Below, piece after piece: positions 6,411-10,802 of a DNA stretch of 11,680 nucleotides. The stretch comes from a virus (lineage: Duplodnaviria; Heunggongvirae; Uroviricota; Caudoviricetes). Under the pieces are notes generated by a model that saw only the letters and a program-made list of their open reading frames with translations, was not told the origin of the DNA and searched no databases. The stretch covers positions 1 to 11,680 of IMG/VR virus record IMGVR_UViG_3300028883_000047. One strand, 5' to 3'. Within the stretch, counting starts at the first letter, position 1; every line of letters begins with the position of its first letter. The translations under genes were made by a program, and so were the position numbers.

Positions 6411-6520
6411 AACAAGGCACGTTTTTTGCGAACCTAGGCGTCCAAAGCCAGCCACGGACTCGAACCGTGTTTCGGGTGTTTTACAGACACATGCTTTTAA
6501 ATTGCTGTGCGTGCCTTTAA
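6411..6520 (-). ncRNA. CAGCAA-scaffold element B with anticodon arm (GTA) and T arm
   Basis: AAGGCACG/CGTGCCTT helix, ACAGCAA, GTGT-CTGTAAA-ACAC, CACGG-TTCGAGT-CCGTG. Confidence 0.7.
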
Positions 6521-6524
6521 TTTG

Positions 6525-6671
6525 TTACTTATTGTCTATACACTCTACAAATTCTTTCTTGCCGAGAGCACAGCGAATAACTTGCCACGCTACCCAACCA
6601 ACAAAGCCAATTGATGCAAAAACAACAAGCGTAAGGCCACCGATCATGGCCGCTGGATATAAAATTTCCAT
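6525..6671 (-). CDS. Small single-pass membrane protein (48 aa; absent from the ORF track)
   Basis: MEILYPAAMIGGLTLVVFASIGFVGWVAWQVIRCALGKKEFVECIDNK with SD GGAG 7 nt upstream. Confidence 0.75.
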   Translation of the reverse strand: MEILYPAAMIGGLTLVVFASIGFVGWVAWQVIRCALGKKEFVECIDNK

Positions 6672-6701
6672 GATTGAACTCCATATATTAAAGTTTTCTA
6701 A

Positions 6702-6739
6702 TATTTAGAAGTATCCATCAAAGAAATGAAAAAAGTCAA
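6702..6739 (-). promoter_or_regulatory. Putative tandem promoters: sigma70-like (TTGACT-18-GATACT) and late-type CTAAATA
   Basis: TTGACT at 6739-6734, GATACT at 6715-6710, CTAAATA at 6708-6702, all upstream of ATG 6671. Confidence 0.45.
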
Positions 6740-6820
6740 GGCACACTTGTCGGGATTGAACCGATCTATTCGATTTTTGAAATCAAACGTTATCCTAAGA
6801 TATTGCTGTTCGTGCCTTTA
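6735..6820 (-). ncRNA. CAGCAA-scaffold element C with anticodon arm (CAA) and T arm
   Basis: AAGGCAC/GTGCCTT helix, ACAGCAA, TTTGAT-TTCAAAA-ATCGAA, TCGG-TTCAATC-CCGA. Confidence 0.7.
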
Positions 6821-7252
6821 AATCGTTTTAATTGCTGCCATAATGACAACACATCCACTAGTGGTATCTTCTAGTTCCATTGAGTGGGTTTCGTTATGAT
6901 TGAATTCATATATGTGACCAAGCTGGACTTCTTCTGTCTGGCCATTCGCTGTTATAGTCGATTTACCAGTTGGTAAGATAACAGGAATTACGTATGTGGT
7001 GTCGGTGAATTTATCACCCAGCTGATCTGTGTGTGGTTCAGCTCCCTGACATACACTAAAATATACCCAATCAACTCGGTTAACATCAACTCCAGCAATT
7101 GCCGCAATTGACTGTTCCAACTCAGAACTAACAGCCCCGTGTTTTTGGAATTTTGCTGGCGTGTTTGTTTTGTAGTTTTCGTACTTGATCGTATCGGCAT
7201 GTGATACTACATGCTGGGGGATCTGTACGCTTCCGTGGTCGATTATATTCAT
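6818..7252 (-). CDS. Cupin/2OG-Fe(II) oxygenase-like protein (Asp/Asn beta-hydroxylase-like)
   Basis: HxD motif (EPHTD) and distal His (YEFNHNETHS) in a beta-strand-rich 144-aa protein. Confidence 0.65.
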   Translation of the reverse strand: MNIIDHGSVQIPQHVVSHADTIKYENYKTNTPAKFQKHGAVSSELEQSIAAIAGVDVNRVDWVYFSVCQGAEPHTDQLGDKFTDTTYVIPVILPTGKSTITANGQTEEVQLGHIYEFNHNETHSMELEDTTSGCVVIMAAIKTI

Positions 7253-7446
7253 TAGTGAACAGACTCGAACGCCTTTTCATAGACGAAGTCGCGGTGTTCT
7301 TCGTTCAACTCGTTGAGCTCGTCTTCCGTCAACTCTTCTCCGGTATCTTCCCAAACTGCGTATGCGATATATGCATCACAAAAGTCTGGATAGTCCCACA
7401 TATGGACATCTTCAACTTCAATGTCTGTTATATTATCGAGGTTCAT
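7252..7446 (-). CDS. Conserved acidic phage hypothetical protein
   Basis: 64 aa with DYPDFCDAYI motif. Stop/start overlaps with both neighbouring CDSs. Confidence 0.8.
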   Translation of the reverse strand: MNLDNITDIEVEDVHMWDYPDFCDAYIAYAVWEDTGEELTEDELNELNEEHRDFVYEKAFESVH

Positions 7447-7760
7447 TAAGCACCACCTGGTGAAATTTGTATAGGTATGTAGATGAATGCAGCTCCTTCT
7501 GTGAGCTGTACGGCTACATCAGCTTTGAGTATGCCCCTTTTGGAATCTTCAAGGTTGTTGTTACTTTCATCACACACTACTGTAAAATCATTTAGCTTGC
7601 GAGTTACTACAAGCGGGGATAGGTAATTGGTTATTGCAACTTTAAAGTTGTTACGCAAGAGCTGATCGTTGACCTCAAATAGAGCATGTTTAGCTAGCTC
7701 TATTAGATTGTCTTTGATGTTTTCAAGAACTTCTCTTTGACTGTCTTTCGTTACTTTCAT
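7446..7760 (-). CDS. Stand-alone tail sheath C-terminal domain-like protein
   Basis: LFEVND...F...I..YL...DFTVVCDESNN...ADVAV...FIYIPI resembles the C-terminal region of T4 gp18-type sheath proteins. Only 104 aa. Confidence 0.7.
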   Translation of the reverse strand: MKVTKDSQREVLENIKDNLIELAKHALFEVNDQLLRNNFKVAITNYLSPLVVTRKLNDFTVVCDESNNNLEDSKRGILKADVAVQLTEGAAFIYIPIQISPGGA

Positions 7761-7780
7761 CAGTTACCTTTCTTTTGGTT

Positions 7781-7865
7781 TGGTGGGCCCGGAGAGACTC
7801 GAACTCTCACGCCTCACGGCACTAGAACCTAAATCTAGCGTGTATACCAATTTCACCACAGGCCC
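7781..7865 (-). tRNA. tRNA-Leu(TAG), canonical long variable arm
   Basis: GGGCCTG/CGGGCCC acceptor, CTAGA-TTTAGGT-TCTAG, long variable arm, A73 and CCA. Confidence 0.95.
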
Positions 7866-7866
7866 G

Positions 7867-8127
7867 TTAGTTTATTGGATACAAGACGACGCACCGAGGA
7901 TGTTTTTGTTTAAACTCATCCCACTCGTCTTCTTCCATATCTGCATCTTCTGCCGACCATGATGGAGTCCATACTTCACCGCTCCAGGTCGTTTCAGCAA
8001 CGTAGATAGCATCATTATCAGCACCAGCGCATGGTGAGTATCCGTTACCTTCAGCATCCTTCTGCATGATTACATCAAGTTCAGGATCCATCTCGCTCAG
8101 CTGTTTTATCAGATCTTTTACTTTCAT
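7867..8127 (-). CDS. Conserved phage hypothetical protein
   Basis: MKVKDLIKQLSEMDPELDVIMQKDAEGNGYSP... Start moved to 8127 because the ORF-track extension to 8172 overlaps the RNase P RNA 3' end. Confidence 0.8.
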   Translation of the reverse strand: MKVKDLIKQLSEMDPELDVIMQKDAEGNGYSPCAGADNDAIYVAETTWSGEVWTPSWSAEDADMEEDEWDEFKQKHPRCVVLYPIN

Positions 8128-8136
8128 TTGTTCATC

Positions 8137-8327
8137 GTAACCGATAGCCAGGATTCTGTCAAGGGACATCATTCATCTATTTGCCACAACCCGTCCTCAT
8201 AGGGTAGAGCTTCCCTCGGACTGTTTGTGTTGCATAGGACTTTTATTTGTAGTAAAACGCCGTAGCTCCTACAACATGCTCCGCCTATGTCCTGAGCTTC
8301 CTCACCGTAGTGCGATGCCCTGGTTAC
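8137..8327 (-). ncRNA. rnpB: Minimal type-A-like RNase P RNA (catalytic domain only)
   Basis: P1 GTAACC/GGTTAC, P2 GGCATC/GATGTC, P3 CAC-TACG-GTG. P4 AGC-(U)-CAGGA/TCCTGGCT lies in GAGGAAGCTC and ACAGAATCCTGGCTATC contexts. J5/15 CAA, L15 AAACA/GGGTT, and TAGATGAATGA. Confidence 0.88.
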
Positions 8328-8331
8328 AATT

Positions 8332-8409
8332 TGGTGCCCACGGTCAGAGTCGAACTGACACTCACTACCCTCTCAAGATAGCCGCTTTGCCAGATTAGCG
8401 TACGTGGGC
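8332..8409 (-). tRNA. tRNA-Leu(GAG), short variable loop
   Basis: GCCCACG/CGTGGGC acceptor, D loop AATCTGGCAAA, CTATC-TTGAGAG-GGTAG, variable loop TGAGT, A73 and CCA. Confidence 0.87.
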
Positions 8410-8422
8410 ATAGAAATAAGTT

Positions 8423-8520
8423 GAGCGGCGCTTAATGCTACCGGATGGACTTGAACCACCAACAAGACGTTTTCACGCGTCCGTTCTACGTTGAACTACA
8501 GTGACACTCGCATACCGCTC
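8423..8520 (-). ncRNA. Degenerate tRNA-Phe(GAA)-like core enclosed by an outer helix
   Basis: Core 8436-8505 has D arm GTTC-AACGTA-GAAC, GACG-CGTGAAAA-CGTC, T arm GGTGG-TTCAAGT-CCATC and no CCA. Outer stem GAGCGG/CCGCTC. Confidence 0.6.
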
Positions 8521-8528
8521 GTTACTGT

Positions 8529-8558
8529 AATGTAACATGAAATTGACTTAAAAGTCAA
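8529..8558 (-). promoter_or_regulatory. Sigma70-like promoter overlapping a perfect palindrome
   Basis: TTGACT-18-TACATT with TGn extension. Palindrome TTGACTT-AA-AAGTCAA at 8543-8558. Confidence 0.5.
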
Positions 8559-8566
8559 CAAGAATC

Positions 8567-8633
8567 TGGAGGGTCCCGCTATGTAGGCTTTCGCGTGGCC
8601 CAATCACCGTTAATCAACCTACACGGTGCTGCA
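8567..8633 (-). ncRNA. Possible structured 3' trailer of tRNA-Ser(GCT)
   Basis: CACCGT/ACGGTG hairpin whose loop TGTAGGTT can pair with downstream AGCCTACA. Ends in GGGACCCTCCA. Confidence 0.3.
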
Positions 8634-8635
8634 GT

Positions 8636-8729
8636 TGGCGGAAGGTCAGGGATTCGAACCCTGATGCCCATACAATGGACTTTCGGTTTAGCAAACCGCC
8701 CCGGACTGACCTATCCCGGCACACCTTCC
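8636..8729 (-). tRNA. tRNA-Ser(GCT), atypical D region
   Basis: GGAAGGT/ACCTTCC acceptor, CGGT-TTGCTAA-ACCG, long variable arm GTCCAT/ATGGGC, G73 and CCA. G8 and a 3-nt acceptor-to-D linker are unusual. Confidence 0.85.
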
Positions 8730-9155
8730 TTTAAACGTTTTATGAGACCATTCGGGTGCCTCATCTGTTAGGTCAAGAAAATCCTCGTACCACAAAAATT
8801 TGTTCCCATTCTTCGGTGCGACGAATTTTATTCTCCGTCCACCAAAGTGGAATGCCGGAAATACTACACGCTGCACATCGGGCAAGTATAAAGCGTAGTA
8901 TTCAAAGTCGCCGTCTTGGTACCTGACTTCGTGGTTTCCAGCCTTTGTTGCATACGATGTTGCATTGCGTATTGTTCCGTCAGCACTATGCTTCACTTGG
9001 ATACGCACTAGTCGTTTTCCAGTATCTGCGATGATGTCGTATGGTAAGTGTTCGCTCAACGGAATCGATATATCATATCCTAGTGCCGTCAACGCCGCCA
9101 CAGCCTGCGCCAGCGCTAGATCTGATTTGTTCTTAGTGTGATGTTCCCGTGCCAT
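8688..9155 (-). CDS. PD-(D/E)XK endonuclease, free-standing homing-endonuclease type (I-Ssp6803I/PDDEXK_5-like)
   Basis: HHTKNKSDLA...GYDISIPLSEHLPYDIIAD...RIQVKH gives PYD...QVK catalytic motifs. SD AGGAG. The last 14 codons lie in tRNA-Ser(GCT). Confidence 0.85.
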   Translation of the reverse strand: MAREHHTKNKSDLALAQAVAALTALGYDISIPLSEHLPYDIIADTGKRLVRIQVKHSADGTIRNATSYATKAGNHEVRYQDGDFEYYALYLPDVQRVVFPAFHFGGRRIKFVAPKNGNKFLWYEDFLDLTDEAPEWSHKTFKGRCAGIGQSGAVC

Positions 9156-9179
9156 AACATTCTCCTGATGTTGTGGCCG

Positions 9180-9187
9180 TATTTATG
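9180..9187 (-). promoter_or_regulatory. Putative late promoter CATAAATA for the endonuclease gene
   Basis: ATAAATA core 25 nt upstream of ATG 9155. Confidence 0.5.
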
Positions 9188-9282
9188 CTCTATGGGACAC
9201 CTGCGCCAGGTTCTCGCATATCTACCATTAGGTTTGAATTTGCCTTATTCTTCAATGGGTTATAAACTTGTTGACTTTGTTC

Positions 9283-9289
9283 CTAAATA
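9283..9289 (+). promoter_or_regulatory. Putative late promoter CTAAATA
   Basis: Same motif as 881-887, about 100 nt upstream of the + strand ORF at 9391. Confidence 0.4.
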
Positions 9290-9390
9290 TTTACGGATGC
9301 CCCGCGTAAGGCGTTCAACTCCCTTAGTTATTACGCAGTTAAGTTCGAGGTTTTTCTCGGACATCACTCTCAACAATAGGAGGACAAATC

Positions 9391-9549
9391 ATGAAATTGT
9401 CAGACATCAAGGATGTGGACTTTGATTGTGATGAGGAACTCCGAGAAAGTTTTCACGAAAAGGCGAAAGTCGTAAAGAAAAACAGAGCTCGGTACTTGCC
9501 ATCACTTGAAGAGATGGTCAAGGAACTTCATGAAGAGAACTCTTCGTGA
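9391..9549 (+). CDS. Small hypothetical protein (52 aa; absent from the ORF track)
   Basis: MKLSDIKDVDFDCDEELRESFHEKAKVVKKNRARYLPSLEEMVKELHEENSS. Strong SD AGGAGG, followed directly by a terminator. Confidence 0.8.
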   Translation: MKLSDIKDVDFDCDEELRESFHEKAKVVKKNRARYLPSLEEMVKELHEENSS

Positions 9550-9550
9550 C

Positions 9551-9588
9551 CGAAAAAAGGGGGCCTTAAATAAGGCCCCCTTTTTTCG
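9551..9588. terminator. Bidirectional intrinsic terminator
   Basis: AAAAAA-GGGGGCCTTA-AA-TAAGGCCCCC-TTTTTT between convergent CDSs. Confidence 0.9.
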
Positions 9589-9593
9589 ACTTA

Positions 9594-10007
9594 TTAGGTA
9601 CTGAGGCGACGCCCTCCTATCAGCTCAGCAAGGTACTCGCGTGACTCGTCCGACAACCCATCATACTCAGCGTTTCCGATGTCTTCATGAAGCTGTAATA
9701 TTTCAGGAGTGGCTTCTCCTTCCAGGTCGTACCCTCGTTGGAGGCACTCGTGCTGAAATACGGCGGTCAGTATCTCACCGAATTCTTCCGCTTTTACCAC
9801 CGTCTTGTTCCGTCGAGGCGGATCGGCGATCTTCTTCCTGTATGAAAGACCTGTTCCTCGCAGGCCGACGTTTGCGTGAACGCCTTGTTTTCCGACGGAT
9901 AGAGATGTTCCGCGAGGACCAATCCCAACACTTGATACTCCTTGCTTCCCGATGTTTATTCGGAAAAACTTACCGAGCGAGAAAATCTTTCGAAATCGAA
10001 AACCCAC
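9594..10007 (-). CDS. DUF4236 domain-containing protein
   Basis: GTG start at 10007 with SD GGAGG. MGFRFRKIFSLGKFFRINIGKQGVSSVGIG...NVGLRGTGLSY is the DUF4236 pattern. Confidence 0.85.
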   Translation of the reverse strand: MGFRFRKIFSLGKFFRINIGKQGVSSVGIGPRGTSLSVGKQGVHANVGLRGTGLSYRKKIADPPRRNKTVVKAEEFGEILTAVFQHECLQRGYDLEGEATPEILQLHEDIGNAEYDGLSDESREYLAELIGGRRLST

Positions 10008-10041
10008 GACTTGACCTCCATTTAATGTAGTACGTCTTCGC

Positions 10042-10070
10042 ATTATAGGAGCAAATCCCGTTGGGGTCAA
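10042..10070 (-). promoter_or_regulatory. Near-consensus sigma70 promoter
   Basis: TTGACC-17 nt-TATAAT upstream of the DUF4236 gene. Confidence 0.8.
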
Positions 10071-10074
10071 CGTT

Positions 10075-10084
10075 CACACCTTCC
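10075..10084 (-). repeat. 10-bp copy of the tRNA-Ser(GCT) 5' end (GGAAGGTGTG)
   Basis: Identical to 8720-8729. The two copies bracket the 8730-10074 gene block. Confidence 0.6.
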
Positions 10085-10090
10085 ATAATA

Positions 10091-10193
10091 AACAAGACGC
10101 ATCACCCCTGCCTTTGGGGCGAATATCCGTTGGCTGTTACACCGCCGGAATGGACTCGAACCATCAATTTTTGGTTTGCTGCTTGCGTCTTTA
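10091..10193 (-). ncRNA. CAGCAA-scaffold element D with T arm and two hairpins
   Basis: AAGACGCA/TGCGTCTT helix, GCAGCAA, GATGG-TTCGAGT-CCATT, CCG..CGG hairpin, GCCCC-AAAGGCA-GGGGT. Confidence 0.7.
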
Positions 10194-10298
10194 ATAGCGC
10201 CGCCCCACTGCCGTCAAGGTCCCTCATCCCAAGCATGACCAAGGGTGATGACGCTATCCCTCCCTAGGGGGTTTGTTACGAACAGTCGGAGCTATTAA
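10191..10298 (-). ncRNA. Unknown multibranched structured RNA (108 nt)
   Basis: TTAATAGC/GCTATTAA terminal helix, ACTG/CAGT, CGTCA/TGACG, GGTC/GACC and two side hairpins. No ORF. Confidence 0.5.
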
Positions 10299-10299
10299 T

Positions 10300-10385
10300 T
10301 GGTAGCGGGAGTAGGATTTGCACCTACGAAGCCTTGCGGCGGTGGGTTATGAGCCCAGCTACTTTGTCTACTTGTATATCCCGCG
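10300..10385 (-). tRNA. Initiator-type tRNA-fMet(CAT) with a long variable arm
   Basis: C1/T72 mismatch, GGG/CCC in the anticodon stem, loop CTCATAA, 14-nt variable region CGCCGCAAGGCTTC, T loop TGCAAAT, A73 and CCA. Confidence 0.82.
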
Positions 10386-10393
10386 ATAGAATT

Positions 10394-10468
10394 TGGTCCA
10401 CCCGGTAGGATTCGAACCTACCTCTCCTGCTCTTCAGGCAGGCGCTAATCCAACTCAGCTACAGGTGG
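10394..10468 (-). tRNA. tRNA-Phe(GAA)
   Basis: CCACCTG/CGGGTGG acceptor (C1-G72), CCTGC-CTGAAGA-GCAGG, A73 and CCA. Confidence 0.9.
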
Positions 10469-10479
10469 ATGGAAGAAAT

Positions 10480-10541
10480 TGGGGACCGTCGACGGGATTA
10501 ACCGTCATTAATCTCACGCAAGTCGTCACTTGGAACGGTCC
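10480..10541 (-). ncRNA. 62-nt tRNA-His-like mini RNA
   Basis: G-1, acceptor GACCGTT/GACGGTC, C73 and CCA. T-like arm GACGG-TTAATC-CCGTC and a single middle hairpin CAAGT-GACG-ACTTG. Confidence 0.6.
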
Positions 10542-10549
10542 ATAGAATT

Positions 10550-10623
10550 TGGCAGGCCCCCACGGATTCGAACCGCGACTAAGACTTTTGGAGAGTCGTG
10601 TGCTGCCGTTACACTAAGGGCCC
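10550..10623 (-). tRNA. tRNA-Trp(CCA)
   Basis: Anticodon loop CTCCAAA in stem CGACT/AGTCT, G73 and CCA. Confidence 0.92.
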
Positions 10624-10631
10624 ATTATTTA

Positions 10632-10691
10632 TCACTGAAAATTGGCTTTAATCCAACGCCAGTATTCGCTAATATCTGCTGCTTCTGTCAT
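10632..10691 (-). CDS. Small ORF (19 aa)
   Basis: MTEAADISEYWRWIKANFQ with SD GGAG 9 nt upstream. Fills the spacer between tRNA-Arg and tRNA-Trp. Confidence 0.45.
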   Translation of the reverse strand: MTEAADISEYWRWIKANFQ

Positions 10692-10717
10692 TTTACTATT
10701 CTCCGTTGATATGAATT

Positions 10718-10795
10718 TGGCACCCACCACAGGATTCGAACCTGCATCCACTTGATTCGTAGTCAAGCACTCTAATCCAATTGAGCTAAGTGGGC
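10718..10795 (-). tRNA. tRNA-Arg(ACG)
   Basis: CTTGA-CTACGAA-TCAAG anticodon arm, A20, G73 and CCA. Confidence 0.94.
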
Positions 10796-10802
10796 ATTAA
10801 AT

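Noticed and set aside
6735-6820. Opal-suppressor (TCA) anticodon in element C
   Set aside because: The best-paired register gives loop TTCAAAA (CAA). There is also no acceptor stem.
8128-8172. N-terminal extension MMSLDRILAIGYDEQ of ORF 7867-8172
   Set aside because: It coincides with the conserved 3' region of the RNase P RNA.
8567-8633. Theta/HDV-like or hammerhead ribozyme
   Set aside because: There is not enough sequence for P3/L3 between the P1 strands, and no valid CUGANGA core or NUH site.
10626-10632. Late promoter ATAAATA before tRNA-Trp
   Set aside because: It lies only 2 nt from the tRNA 5' end, so the start site would fall inside the tRNA.
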